From: an uncultured Planctomycetota bacterium
Lineage (GTDB): Bacteria > Planctomycetota > Planctomycetia > Gemmatales > Gemmataceae
DNA length: 64,000 bases
Assembly (NCBI GenBank): GCA_963849325.1
Contig: CAWKHF010000005.1
Location: 32,001 to 96,000, forward strand
Direction of reading: 5' to 3'
This document shows, piece after piece, positions 11,389-21,349 of this stretch. Position numbers and translations under genes: made by a program. How positions within the stretch are numbered: position 1 is the stretch's first letter; the number at the start of each line of letters is the position of its first letter. The notes under the pieces were generated by a model that saw nothing but the letters and a program-made list of their open reading frames with translations, was not told the DNA's origin and ran no database searches.

Positions 11389-11544
11389 ATGGATGGTGGA
11401 AATGTATGGGGCTACCTGTTCCTGTTCGGACTGGTACTCCTCGGCCTTCGCAAGATGTGGAGCGCGTTTGATTCCGGCGGCAAGGTCAAGAGTGCCGCCC
11501 AGAATGGTCTGGCTGGCTGGATCAGCAGCCTGTTCAAGCTGTAA
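11389..11544 (+). CDS. 51-aa single-TM peptide B
   Basis: AAGGAG RBS; MDGGNVWGYLFLFGLVLLGLRKMWSAFDSGGKVKSAAQNGLAGWISSLFKL. Confidence 0.8.
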   Translation: MDGGNVWGYLFLFGLVLLGLRKMWSAFDSGGKVKSAAQNGLAGWISSLFKL

Positions 11545-11602
11545 CCCACGGCGGCGGGGTGCGCTCAACCCCGCCGCCTCTTACAAGAAAGCGAGGTGAT
11601 TC

Positions 11603-11791
11603 GTGGACTTCGTTGGGATTATTTTCTTCTCGCTCTACGCGGGCATCTGCGCCCTGTTCGGGGCCGGATACTACCACTTCGCATGGGGAGTGGGAACGAT
11701 GAAGCGCGAACTGGCAGAAGCTCGCGAGAAGCTCACCGCGCTGCAGAAGTGCAGCGGCACAACGGCAAATGACGCCGTGAAAGCGGCGTGA
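11603..11791 (+). CDS. 62-aa TM + coiled-coil peptide C
   Basis: GAGGTG RBS, GTG start; ELAEAREK motif shared with D and E. Confidence 0.75.
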   Translation: MDFVGIIFFSLYAGICALFGAGYYHFAWGVGTMKRELAEAREKLTALQKCSGTTANDAVKAA

Positions 11792-11849
11792 ATGTTTGGA
11801 GGCGGGGCACGCTAGCCCCGCTTCCTCTTACAAGAAAGTGAGGTGATAC

Positions 11850-12017
11850 ATGGTGCTGTTTATTGCGTTGCTTCCTACCCTCGTCGGCGCCGCGATGCTT
11901 GTCATCGGCGTTGCAATGCTGATCCGTGAACAAGGACAGAAGGAGCGGAAGATGGCCGAGCTGGAAGCTGAACTGGCCGAAGCCAAGGAAAAGACCGGTG
12001 CGCAGAAGGCTGAGTGA
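11850..12017 (+). CDS. 55-aa TM + coiled-coil peptide D
   Basis: GAGGTG RBS; MVLFIALLPTLVGAAMLVIGVAMLIREQGQKERKMAELEAELAEAKEKTGAQKAE. Confidence 0.8.
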   Translation: MVLFIALLPTLVGAAMLVIGVAMLIREQGQKERKMAELEAELAEAKEKTGAQKAE

Positions 12018-12069
12018 TGGTGCGGGGCACGCCCATCCCGCGTTCTCCAAGAAAGTGAGGGAAGTTCAG

Positions 12070-12213
12070 ATGGAAGGTTTCATTGTCTGCGTCGTGGTCG
12101 CTGCTATCGTTTGGGCGATCTTTATCCGCAACGGACTCAGGGACGAGCGGAAGATGGCTGAGCAGGAAGCCGAACTGGCGGAAGCCAAGCAAAAGCTGGC
12201 TGCCAAGCAGTGA
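12070..12213 (+). CDS. 47-aa TM + coiled-coil peptide E
   Basis: MEGFIVCVVVAAIVWAIFIRNGLRDERKMAEQEAELAEAKQKLAAKQ. Confidence 0.8.
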   Translation: MEGFIVCVVVAAIVWAIFIRNGLRDERKMAEQEAELAEAKQKLAAKQ

Positions 12214-12265
12214 GGAAAGGACGGGGCCGCCCAGCCCCACCTCCTTTTCTTCCGGAGGAAATGCG

Positions 12266-12796
12266 ATGAGTAACAAACACGCGAAACTCGCCGAGCAGTT
12301 GTTGTCGGTGCGGGCGACCACCCGCAGCTTGGTCACGAGCATGCTGACCGATAACTGGCCGAGTGATGCGGCCGTCGTCGATTTTGGTGTCGATAGCCGG
12401 AAACACTACGAAGCGCTGTGCTTCCCGATCCGCGAAGCGGAAATCATGCCGAAGGAGCTGGATGCAGCTTTAGGTGACGGAATGCGGCTCACCACACTGA
12501 CACGGAACGCGGATAGCAATCCGCACAAGGATGTGGAATTCCACACGGCGATGGATTTGATACTTGGGCGGAACGACAAAACTGCGACCCGCACCATTCA
12601 TCTTTCCCCTCCAGATGCTGCCGATTTCTGGCGGTGTCAGGGCCTGAGTCCTCCCTGGGAAACGCAGGCCGGGCTGCATCGGTCTGCTCCAACAGCAGAA
12701 GACGGGAAAATTTCGCTGGGAGATTTGCGGACCCGATCACAGGAGCGCGAGAGCGGGGAAGCTCAGCGAAGTAAGTCGATGGAGTTTGAACGGTAA
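12266..12796 (+). CDS. hypothetical protein with SLxDLR...EFER tail
   Basis: GGAGG RBS before ATG 12266 (MSNKHAKLAEQ...). Confidence 0.7.
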   Translation: MSNKHAKLAEQLLSVRATTRSLVTSMLTDNWPSDAAVVDFGVDSRKHYEALCFPIREAEIMPKELDAALGDGMRLTTLTRNADSNPHKDVEFHTAMDLILGRNDKTATRTIHLSPPDAADFWRCQGLSPPWETQAGLHRSAPTAEDGKISLGDLRTRSQERESGEAQRSKSMEFER

Positions 12797-12849
12797 GGCG
12801 GTCGGGCCAAGCGACGGCGCCTATAGCCCGTTGAAAGGAACCGAGAGAC

Positions 12850-13209
12850 ATGCGCAAGGAACAGGAACCGCAGGCCGGCGGAAGCTGGCTTGAGAAGAAG
12901 CTAGCCACGATGGACGCGATCTATCGCAGGTTTGGACGCGATGGTCTCAAGGACCATTCCGTGGCCGATGTGGGCCTGCTGCTGTCGTCGAAGGAGCTTC
13001 AGCTCGGGGATGCAGCCAAGGGCCGTGACCTTGGCGAAGATCAGAAAGCGGCGAACCGACAGCTAGCGCTGGAGATCAAAGACCTGACTGCCTACATCAA
13101 GGGCCAGCTTGTTGGCTTGAGCCTTTCTGACCTGCGCTCATTCCGGCAACCTGATCGCCCGCGCGAGCACGAGCCGCAGAAGCGCCGGGATGTTGAGTTG
13201 GAGAGATAA
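12850..13209 (+). CDS. hypothetical protein with SLxDLR...ELER tail
   Basis: 119-aa ORF in operon order. Confidence 0.7.
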   Translation: MRKEQEPQAGGSWLEKKLATMDAIYRRFGRDGLKDHSVADVGLLLSSKELQLGDAAKGRDLGEDQKAANRQLALEIKDLTAYIKGQLVGLSLSDLRSFRQPDRPREHEPQKRRDVELER

Positions 13210-13211
13210 CG

Positions 13212-13559
13212 ATGAATACCAACGCGAAAAACCGCTGGGCCGACATCTGGCAAGCAGAATGTGAACGGGCCGCTTTCCATGCCGCTGCCTTGCTGCGCAT
13301 CGCGCGAATGTATCCGAGCAAAGCGGCGATCCTGGAAATCATCCGCACCGCGCCTCGGTCACCGGATGAGGAACAGGACCCGGAGACATCTCCGTTCTTT
13401 CGCTATGCGAGGGCCGCACGGACGATGGCCCAGTCTTGGGATGACGATCTACTTCGCAGTATTTGGGACTACTTCGTTCATCTGGCATCGATGAAACCGG
13501 CAAGGCGTGCATTCCTGGAGGCATCGCTTGCAGGTGTGCTGATCGGCGCGGAACAGTGA
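13212..13559 (+). CDS. hypothetical protein
   Basis: 115-aa ORF 2 bp after previous stop. Confidence 0.6.
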   Translation: MNTNAKNRWADIWQAECERAAFHAAALLRIARMYPSKAAILEIIRTAPRSPDEEQDPETSPFFRYARAARTMAQSWDDDLLRSIWDYFVHLASMKPARRAFLEASLAGVLIGAEQ

Positions 13560-13614
13560 GGCCCGGGAGCTGGGGCCAGGAGCGGGACTGGGGGATGGAG
13601 AGGTGAGGGCTGCA

Positions 13615-13926
13615 ATGAGCGTGCAAGAACAACTGGACAAAATCGAAAAACTGCTCCTCGTCCTGGTTGAGCGCCAGCAGGTGAGAGAGTGGTACACCAC
13701 TGAGCAGGCCGCCACGTTTCTGGGCAAGGGAGTCTATACGGTCAGGGAATGGTGCAGGAGGCACCGGGTGAATGCAACGAAAAAGGCAAGCGGCCGTGGC
13801 GGCTCCAAGTCATGGGCACTGTCACATACTGAATTGCTCCGAATCCAGCGCGAGGGCCTGTTGCCTGGCCGGCGCAGCGGGGCTGGCTTGCTAAGCCTGC
13901 TGAAATCTGAGGGAGAAGGGCTGTGA
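13615..13926 (+). CDS. excisionase-like helix-turn-helix protein
   Basis: REWYTTEQAATFLGKGVYTVREWCR. Confidence 0.8.
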   Translation: MSVQEQLDKIEKLLLVLVERQQVREWYTTEQAATFLGKGVYTVREWCRRHRVNATKKASGRGGSKSWALSHTELLRIQREGLLPGRRSGAGLLSLLKSEGEGL

Positions 13927-14879
13927 TCGAGACACTGACGCTGCAACTGATCATTGACAACCGTGGCGGTCTCCTGGCCGAGCTGCACGGGCGGCAGGCG
14001 ATTGCTCGCGACTACGTTCGCGGCGTGGCCCGCCAGTACGCCACGGGCGCGTACCTGTTCGGGCGGCCTGGAACCGCCAAGACACATACGGTGCGGGCCG
14101 TGCTGGAGCAGGAAATCCGGGAAATCTTCACCTACCAGCGCGGGCACATTACGCCGATGGGCCTGTTCGAGCTGATCGCCAGCCATCCGGATGAAGTGAT
14201 CGTCCTCGATGACCTAGGTGCCGTCCTGAAAAGCGACGTGGCGTTGCAAATCCTGTTGTCGGCTCTGGAGCACCCGAATTCGCGGGACCGCAGTCGCGTG
14301 GTCAAGTACCGGCGGCAGGGGCGGGAAGAGCGTGCCGTGTTCCGGGGAGGAATCGTCTGCATCTCCAACCGGGAATTACACGACGATGAGCTGCTCGGGG
14401 CGTTCAAAAGCCGGGTCCACACGCTTAATTATGACCCCACGGACGCCCAGCTCGGGGCACTGATGCTCGACATCGCAGACCGGGGCTGGCCAGGCGGATC
14501 GGCCAATCCCGAAATCACTGCCGACGCGGCCCGGATGGTCGCCCACTACCTGATCGGCGAAATGCTGCGGCTTTCCTGCCGGTTTGACCTGCGCCTGCTC
14601 GTCAACAAAGCCTTCCCCGATTACCAGCAATGGATGGATGGCGAGGCGGAATCCGACTGGCGTGACCTGATTACCGCGTCCATCGAGGAGCACCTGGTCG
14701 CCGTCAGGCATGCCGAGGAGTCGCCGGTGCCGCGCGAGGAACGCAAAAGCGAGGAGCATTCAATCTTGCAGGAGATCATGCGGGTTCATCCGTCTCGGGA
14801 AGATCGCGTGCGGGCCTGGATGGAACGGACTGGCAAGTCGGAGCGGGCCTTTTACCGGCGTCTGGCCGAGATGAAGTGA
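13923..14879 (+). CDS. P-loop (AAA-like) ATPase with C-terminal HTH
   Basis: GRPGTAKT, VIVLDD, CISN, AFKSR; C-terminal TGKSERAFYRRL. Confidence 0.75.
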   Translation: MIETLTLQLIIDNRGGLLAELHGRQAIARDYVRGVARQYATGAYLFGRPGTAKTHTVRAVLEQEIREIFTYQRGHITPMGLFELIASHPDEVIVLDDLGAVLKSDVALQILLSALEHPNSRDRSRVVKYRRQGREERAVFRGGIVCISNRELHDDELLGAFKSRVHTLNYDPTDAQLGALMLDIADRGWPGGSANPEITADAARMVAHYLIGEMLRLSCRFDLRLLVNKAFPDYQQWMDGEAESDWRDLITASIEEHLVAVRHAEESPVPREERKSEEHSILQEIMRVHPSREDRVRAWMERTGKSERAFYRRLAEMK

Positions 14880-14954
14880 CGTTTTGTGAAAGTGTCAAAC
14901 TGTCAATGTGGCAAAGGCCGGCGTCCAAGCCGGCTGCAACGGGGAGGAACTGCA

Positions 14955-15152
14955 ATGGCTGGGAGAAGTTTCAGCGAGGACTTCAGCAATGAAATGACGG
15001 GTAAGGCCATCATGTGGGGGCCTGCCATCGCGGGAGCCGCCCTACTGGGGCCAGCGGGCATCGCGCTCGGACTGCTAACTTCGGTCATCCTCGCGGCGTC
15101 TGGGGGCAGCAGCGACCCGGCGCCGAAAGACGGCGATCAATCGGGGGAGTAG
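14955..15152 (+). CDS. small glycine-rich membrane protein
   Basis: GGAGG RBS; GPAIAGAALLGPAGIALG. Confidence 0.55.
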   Translation: MAGRSFSEDFSNEMTGKAIMWGPAIAGAALLGPAGIALGLLTSVILAASGGSSDPAPKDGDQSGE

Positions 15153-15892
15153 CCGGGGTGGCGCGGGCCGATGAAGCGTTGGAATGGCGCGGATGGTCGT
15201 GAAGTAGGTTGGTTAGTTTTAAGGTGCGGCGATGTTGTCGGCAAAGAATCAGCCTGATGACCTTGATGCCTATATGAACCTGGGCAGCAAGGAGATTGTC
15301 CGGCTGGTTTTGTTACTGCTGGTTGAGGAAGGGTTGCGGAAGCAGTTAGCCGCCTTCCGTGCGGAGGATTTGCCTACGGAGCCAGTCGAGGGCCAGGAAG
15401 AACTCGGCGCCGCTGGAAACGACGTAGTGCGGGTCCGCAACCGCGCGGGGTGAATCGGCAAGTAAGGAGCGGCGGAAAAAGGAAAGAATGACCCGCTGTG
15501 AACAGCGGTTTTTTCGTTTAAGTGCCCGGAGAGGCCGGGCATATGCGAGCGGCCAGGTCCAGCTTTTCCCTTTCTGGGTACCCGTTCACGGGTCGAGGGT
15601 GACAAGGTAGAGAGTGGGGCCCCGCGGTGAAGGTGCTTCCCAGCTACTTCGGTCGATGTGACCGCAGCAGATTGGCATAATTGCGGTGCGCGCGGAGGTG
15701 TTTCGGACAGTGTTTCGGACCGAAGCACGCTCTGAAGCCGTACATAGGGCGTTGTGCCAGAAACTGTTCGCACTCTGTCCTCGTTCTGATTAGCGCGCCT
15801 GACTTAGATTCTGCGCGCTCCTGGTACAGACCCGGCTGAGGGCCCCGGCCATCTGCTCACGGCTGTGGAAGCGAGTAATCCTCCCACCACCG

Positions 15893-16606
15893 CTACCGGG
15901 CGGCTGCCTTTTCCTCCTTCACCCCGAGGACAATCTCCACGGGAACCCACATCATCTTCCTTTCCGTGCTCTCGATGCGGAAGCCAGCGGCCTCCAAGGA
16001 CTGGCGGGCGAAGATCGGGCGGCAGTCCACCAGGTTGGGGAAATGCCGGTGGCTCCACTCGAAGGCGTGCAGGATGACACCGCCCTCGCCTTCCTTGGAA
16101 ACCCCGACGACCACGATCCGCCCCTCCTGCCGCAGGACGCGCTGGCACTCGGCCAGGACCTTGGGGATCTCCGGCGTATCGAACAGTTCCAGCGTAAAGC
16201 TCATGAAGATCGCGTCCACCAAATCCGACGGGTAGGGCAGCTGCACGGCGTCGCCACAGGTCAGCTCCACCCGGTCGGCCAGCCCTGCCTTGTGTAAGTT
16301 GTCCCGGGCCACGTCGAGCATTCGCTCTGAGAGATCGAGGCCATACACTTTGCCGGTCGGGCCGACGGATTGGGCCAGAGACACGAGGCTATGGCCGGTC
16401 CCGAAGCCGATTTCCAGCACCTTCTCCCCAGGCCGCGCGTCGAGTTTCTCCAGCCCGGCCCGGCGGACGGGCCCCTCGCTGTGCTCGGCTAGCAGGTCGT
16501 AGACGTGGCTGATTTTGTCGTAAAACGCCTTCGTCTCAGCCTTGGACTGGAAGACGCGCTGGATTTCCGGCTCGTCTGTAGCTTGGGTGGTCGCGGTTTG
16601 TGTCAT
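15893..16606 (-). CDS. class I SAM methyltransferase (UbiE-like)
   Basis: VLEIGFGTG, GLDLS, GDAVQLPY, RVLRQEG. Confidence 0.88.
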   Translation of the reverse strand: MTQTATTQATDEPEIQRVFQSKAETKAFYDKISHVYDLLAEHSEGPVRRAGLEKLDARPGEKVLEIGFGTGHSLVSLAQSVGPTGKVYGLDLSERMLDVARDNLHKAGLADRVELTCGDAVQLPYPSDLVDAIFMSFTLELFDTPEIPKVLAECQRVLRQEGRIVVVGVSKEGEGGVILHAFEWSHRHFPNLVDCRPIFARQSLEAAGFRIESTERKMMWVPVEIVLGVKEEKAAAR

Positions 16607-16679
16607 CGTTCTCCCCTTTCGGTTTGTTCGCGCTCTGAGTTTTGCGCCATTGGGGCTCTGTCCGGGTTGCCCGCGGTCT

Positions 16680-17510
16680 CTAGGCTTCTTTCGCGGCATG
16701 ATACTCCCGGCGAATATGCTCAAGATCCACCGAGGGTGAAGGGAATTTCATGTCCAACCCTTCCAGGTATTCGACGACGATCCGTGCTATCGCGAGGTTC
16801 CGGAACCACTTGTGGTCGGACGGGATGACGAACCAGGGCGCCTGTTGGATACTGCAGCGGGACAGAACCTCCTCGTAAGCCGCCGTATAGTCGTCCCAGA
16901 ACTTGCGCTCCTTGTAGTCGGCCTCGCTAATCTTCCATTGCTTGGCCGGATCTTCGAGCCGCTCCTTGAAACGAGTCAGTTGCTCTTGCTTGGAAATGTG
17001 CAGGTAGAACTTGAGGATGTGGGTGTTGTCCTCGACGAGTCCCTGCTCGAACGCGTTAATCCGGTCGTATCGTTGGGACCAGACCGCTTGCGGGACCAGG
17101 TTGTGAACGCGGACGACGAGCACGTCCTCGTAGTGGGAGCGGTTGAAAATGGCCACTTCTCCCTTGGACGGCACGGCCCGGTGAATCCGCCACAAGAAGT
17201 CGTGTGCCAGTTCCTCAATAGTCGGCTGGCGGAACCCAACCACACGACAGCCCTGGGGGTTCATCGCTCCCAGGATGTGGCTGATCGTCCCGTCCTTGCC
17301 CCCCGTGTCCATCCCTTGCAAGCAGATCAGGAGGGAGCACCGTCCGTCCGCGTAGAGCAACTCTTGCAGCTCGCGCAGCTTTTTCCGGTCTTGCTCGATT
17401 TCCTCGGCCGCGTCCTTGTGGCTCTCGTGGTGGTCCTTGAACCTCGGATCGATGTCTTTGAGCTTTACTTTGCTGCCGGGTGCCACTTTGAACCGATTGA
17501 CATATTTCAC
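16680..17510 (-). CDS. ppk2: polyphosphate kinase 2 family
   Basis: QGMDTGGKDG, HDFLWR, FNRSHYEDVL, WFRNL. Confidence 0.93.
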   Translation of the reverse strand: MKYVNRFKVAPGSKVKLKDIDPRFKDHHESHKDAAEEIEQDRKKLRELQELLYADGRCSLLICLQGMDTGGKDGTISHILGAMNPQGCRVVGFRQPTIEELAHDFLWRIHRAVPSKGEVAIFNRSHYEDVLVVRVHNLVPQAVWSQRYDRINAFEQGLVEDNTHILKFYLHISKQEQLTRFKERLEDPAKQWKISEADYKERKFWDDYTAAYEEVLSRCSIQQAPWFVIPSDHKWFRNLAIARIVVEYLEGLDMKFPSPSVDLEHIRREYHAAKEA

Positions 17511-17673
17511 CTTGAGCCTCCTACCTGGATGCGAGCGTCATGCTAGATTTCGCAGGACGAAAATGGATTGCATTGCGATTGCGAGTTTCATCCACACGCA
17601 CACACGCCAGTACACCTCGCCCGCGGCAACTGACATTGAATCCGTGAGTTCGATCGGATTGTAACTTTGCACG

Positions 17674-18567
17674 TCAGGGTGTCTTTCCTTTGGACAAGGA
17701 TTCGTAGCCGGATAGGACGTCGAATAATTCCTCATCAATGGAAGTCTGGCGCAGGCGGCGGAACGTCTGATTCAAGGTTCCCAGCAGTTCGTCAATGTTT
17801 TTCTCGGCTCGTTGCATGGCGGCCAAGCGGCTCGCGTTTTCGCTGGCCAACGATTCGGCGCAAGCCTTGAAGAGCGAAACAAAAAGATACTCCCGCACGA
17901 GTGCCGACAGCGTTTGCACCTGGCTTCCTATGACCTCGGGCAGGGTTTTTGTTGGCCACGGGAGATGGGCCAGCCGGACTCCCCATTGTGCATCCAGGGG
18001 CAGCAGGCGTTGACTGACCGTTTCATAGGTCGCCCCGGACCTGGGGCCGTTGTGGAAGAGGTAAAGTTGACCGATCTCCCCCGTGCCGTGATGCGCCTCA
18101 CTTTCAACGAGAATCTGCCCGACGAGCGGCGTGATGGCGTTGACGGAAGTCGGAACGGCGAAAAGTCCGACCGGCGCCAAACCGGCATCCGCCAGCCGCG
18201 CGTGGATGCGCTCACCGACCGCCCAGACTTTCTTTTCGCCGGGCAGAGCATTCAGCGCTGTAACGACAAAATCAGCCAGCACATCATTGAATTGGCCGAC
18301 GAGTCCCTGATCCGAGCCGAAGACGATGGCGCACACCGTCTTCACATTGTCTGAACGGCGACCTTGTTCGGCTGTGGCCATTCCCTGCTTCCTCAGGCAG
18401 ACAAGCAAACCCAACTCCACGGTGCGATAATAGTCGGCCAGGGCCAGCACGGACTTCTCATATTGGCCGATGCTCGCGGCTGCCAGGGCCTTCATCGAGC
18501 GGACCACGGATTCCAGATCACCCGCTCCGTTGATTTTGCGGCGCAAACTCGCCAGGGTATCGCTCAT
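17674..18567 (-). CDS. atpG: N-ATPase gamma subunit
   Basis: [32 protein letters not shown]. Confidence 0.95.
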   Translation of the reverse strand: MSDTLASLRRKINGAGDLESVVRSMKALAAASIGQYEKSVLALADYYRTVELGLLVCLRKQGMATAEQGRRSDNVKTVCAIVFGSDQGLVGQFNDVLADFVVTALNALPGEKKVWAVGERIHARLADAGLAPVGLFAVPTSVNAITPLVGQILVESEAHHGTGEIGQLYLFHNGPRSGATYETVSQRLLPLDAQWGVRLAHLPWPTKTLPEVIGSQVQTLSALVREYLFVSLFKACAESLASENASRLAAMQRAEKNIDELLGTLNQTFRRLRQTSIDEELFDVLSGYESLSKGKTP

Positions 18568-20123
18568 GGTTTCCCCTTGGTTTCGGGAGCGGGTTTTGGC
18601 TGGAACGACGCGATCGCTGTGCCGGCGATTTGCAGAATGGCTTTGCGGTCCTCGTCGCTCAACGGGTCCTTAGAGGAAAATCGTTTACGAACCTCGGCCG
18701 GGATGTCCGCGGCCGATTTTCGCAGAGCTTGCTCGGCATCGCGCACCTTGTCAATTGGCACGCTATCCAGCAGACCGGCGGTGAGCGCCACGAGGATGAC
18801 GATTTGTTCGGGAACGGACGCGGGCTCGAACTCCGGCTGTTTGAGGACTGCGCGGATTCGCTGGCCATGGTCGATGATCTTGCGGGTGTGTTCATCGAGC
18901 CGAGTGCCGAACTTGGCGAAAGATTCCAGCTCGGTGAACTGCGCGTACGCGAGCTTGAGATCGCCCGCCACCGCACGGTAGGCCGCCCGTTGTGCCTTGC
19001 CGCCGACGCGTGAGACGGACTTGCCGACATCGACGGCGGGAAGAACGCCCAGCTCGAACAGCGTCGGCGAGAGGTAGATCTGCCCGTCCGTGATGGAGAT
19101 GAGATTCGTCGGAATGTACGCGGAGATGTTCTGCGCCTCGGTCTCGATGATGGGCAGTGCGGTGAGCGAGCCGCCATGAAAGTCGTCGCCGAGATGAGTG
19201 GCACGCTCCAGCAGCCGCGAGTGGATGTAAAAGATATCGCCGGGAAAAGCTTCGCGACCGGGTGGGCGGCGCAGCAGCAAGGAAAGCTCGCGATAGGCCC
19301 GTGCGTGGTGGGTGAGATCGTCGTAAACGATGAGTACGTCCCGGCCCGCTTCCATGAAATGCTCCGCGATGCTGGTTGCGGCGTAGGGGGCGATGTAGGC
19401 GAGCCCGGGCGGGTCGTTGCCTTCAGTCACGACGACGACGGTGTAATCCATGGCGCCTTTTTCGCGCAGGTTGGCGACGACCTTGGCGACGGCGGACGCA
19501 CGCTGGCCGATGGCGCAATAGACGCACAGCACATTTTGGCCGCGCTGATTCAGAATCGTGTCAATAGCGATGGCGGACTTGCCGGTTTGCCGATCGCCGA
19601 GGATCAGTTCACGCTGGCCGCGGCCGATCGGAATGAGAGCATCGATGACGATGAGGCCGGTCTGCAGAGGAACGGTGACGGGAGCGCGGTCCATGATGGG
19701 CGGGGCGGGGCGTTCGATGGGCAAACGCTGGCTGGAGGCGACCGGCCCTTTCCCATCGAGTGGCCGGCCCAACGGGTCGATGACGCGCCCGATCAGTCCA
19801 TCGCCCACCGGCACGTCCATCACGCGCCCCGTGCGCTCGACTTCAGCGCCCGCGTGGAGGTGCTCGCAATCACCAAGGAGCACGACGCCGATTTCGTCCT
19901 CATCGACGTTGAACGCAATGCCGTACAGATCCCCGGGAAACTTCACCAGTTCATCAAAGCCCACGCCCGGAAGGCCCGAGACTTTGGCGATGCCGATGGA
20001 GACACTCGTGATCGTCCCCACCTCACGCGGCGTCATTTGCGGTGTGAAAGTTTCCAACGTCCGGCTGATACCAGCGAACGCCTGATCGAAGACGGTATGC
20101 AGGCTATCCGGCGAGTTGTTCAT
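18564..20123 (-). CDS. atpA: N-ATPase alpha subunit
   Basis: [29 protein letters not shown]. Confidence 0.97.
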   Translation of the reverse strand: MNNSPDSLHTVFDQAFAGISRTLETFTPQMTPREVGTITSVSIGIAKVSGLPGVGFDELVKFPGDLYGIAFNVDEDEIGVVLLGDCEHLHAGAEVERTGRVMDVPVGDGLIGRVIDPLGRPLDGKGPVASSQRLPIERPAPPIMDRAPVTVPLQTGLIVIDALIPIGRGQRELILGDRQTGKSAIAIDTILNQRGQNVLCVYCAIGQRASAVAKVVANLREKGAMDYTVVVVTEGNDPPGLAYIAPYAATSIAEHFMEAGRDVLIVYDDLTHHARAYRELSLLLRRPPGREAFPGDIFYIHSRLLERATHLGDDFHGGSLTALPIIETEAQNISAYIPTNLISITDGQIYLSPTLFELGVLPAVDVGKSVSRVGGKAQRAAYRAVAGDLKLAYAQFTELESFAKFGTRLDEHTRKIIDHGQRIRAVLKQPEFEPASVPEQIVILVALTAGLLDSVPIDKVRDAEQALRKSAADIPAEVRKRFSSKDPLSDEDRKAILQIAGTAIASFQPKPAPETKGKP

Positions 20124-21034
20124 TAGTCCCCCTTAGGAGCGGAGGGTACCGGTGCAAACCCAGGCTTGGATTCAGCCTTTGGCTCTTGCTTGGCTTTAGC
20201 CATTGACTCGGGTATGACCTCAGCCTTTGGCTCGGACTTCACTTCGGGCTTCGGCTCAGGTTTCGCTTCGGCCTTCGCATCCTTGTGCAGAAGTTCGCCG
20301 GCGCTTTTTTCCATCATCGTGAGATAATCCGAGATGCTCCAGGCCACCTTCTGTCCGTTGGTGGAGAGTTCGATGCCGCTGACCAGCTCGGGCACGGTCT
20401 CGAACTGGATGTGAATATCAGCCGAAAAGGTTTCGTTCAGCGCTGTTTGTATCACCGCGCGCTGCTCCGGCGGCAGATCGAACGCGCTGCGCACACGCGC
20501 CGGTTGGGTCGAAGTCTTGAGAGCCGCGGCCAATTGCTCCTTGGCTGCGCCCGTTAACGCGCGCAGGCGCTGAACGAACACGTCCCCCATGCGTTCCTCA
20601 AGGCTGGTGGTGGAGAGGTCCGCCAGCGTCTTTCGCGCGATGGCAAAAACTTGCTTCTGCGTCCAGCGGGTAATTTCTTGACTGAGGTTCCGTTGTTCCT
20701 TTCGCATTGCGTCCTGGCGTTTGGCACGCAACGAGTCGGCATCCTTTCGTGCTTCGTCGATGATCCGTTGCCCTTCGCCGTTGGCCTCGTCTGTGGCTTT
20801 TTTCAATAGCGCTGCACGCTCCTGGTCGAAGGCCTCGTTCTTGTGCTGAAAGTCGTCGCGCTCCTTTTGCGCTTCAGCCTTCTTCGCCTCGGCCTGGGCG
20901 AGCTGCGCGGCGATCCCTTTCTCCCGCTCGTCGATGGCGTGGAGGATGGGTTTGTACAGGAATCGCTTCAACAACCACACCAGGATGAGAAAGTTGATTG
21001 CTTGTGCGACGACGGTGAACCAATCGATCGGCAT
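20123..21034 (-). CDS. atpF: N-ATPase b subunit with delta-like extension and Pro/Lys/Glu tail
   Basis: [27 protein letters not shown]; no separate atpH in operon. Confidence 0.93.
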   Translation of the reverse strand: MPIDWFTVVAQAINFLILVWLLKRFLYKPILHAIDEREKGIAAQLAQAEAKKAEAQKERDDFQHKNEAFDQERAALLKKATDEANGEGQRIIDEARKDADSLRAKRQDAMRKEQRNLSQEITRWTQKQVFAIARKTLADLSTTSLEERMGDVFVQRLRALTGAAKEQLAAALKTSTQPARVRSAFDLPPEQRAVIQTALNETFSADIHIQFETVPELVSGIELSTNGQKVAWSISDYLTMMEKSAGELLHKDAKAEAKPEPKPEVKSEPKAEVIPESMAKAKQEPKAESKPGFAPVPSAPKGD

Positions 21035-21037
21035 GGC

Positions 21038-21319
21038 TCACCTTCCTGTGCTTTGGGCAATGACGTGGTTCCAAAACGGGTTGGCGAAGATCAGAATCAT
21101 CGAGACCACGAGACAATAGATGGCAATGGATTCGATCATCGCCAGTCCCACGAACAAGGTTCGTGTGATGGTGCTTGCGGCATCGGGCTGTTGTGCCAGC
21201 GCATTCAAAGCCGTGGAGACCGCCCGCCCTTCGCCCAGCGCGGGCGCGATGCTCCCAAGTCCCATCGTGGCGCCGGCGGTTATGATTGAAACGATCGCGA
21301 TAAGTGTCATGCTGTCCAT
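21038..21319 (-). CDS. atpE: N-ATPase c subunit
   Basis: ALGEG, QQPD loop, AMIESIAIY, ANPFW. Confidence 0.95.
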   Translation of the reverse strand: MDSMTLIAIVSIITAGATMGLGSIAPALGEGRAVSTALNALAQQPDAASTITRTLFVGLAMIESIAIYCLVVSMILIFANPFWNHVIAQSTGR

Positions 21320-21349
21320 ACGTGTCCTTTCGTCGCTAGTGGTCTTGTT

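Larger units (their letters stand above)
11328..12250 (+). repeat. recurring intergenic unit: GC hairpin + conserved leader/RBS
   Basis: Hairpins at about 11328-11353, 11550-11578, 11798-11825, 12022-12041, 12214-12250; TCTTACAAGAAAGYGAGGTGAT at 11579-11600 and 11826-11847, partial copy at 12048-12060. Confidence 0.85.

Noticed and set aside
11328-12250. Repeat array as CRISPR or attC array
   Set aside because: Units are degenerate, spacers are 150-200 bp ORFs, no cas genes, and no RYYYAAC/GTTRRRY boxes
15698-15765. Tandem GTGTTTCGGAC 12-bp repeat and IS-end-like GGGCGTTGTG at the module/cargo boundary
   Set aside because: No partner end, core or transposase found; possible scar only
20160-20280. 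Pro/Lys/Glu repeats in the atpF tail
   Set aside because: Low-complexity extension; no evidence of a separate function
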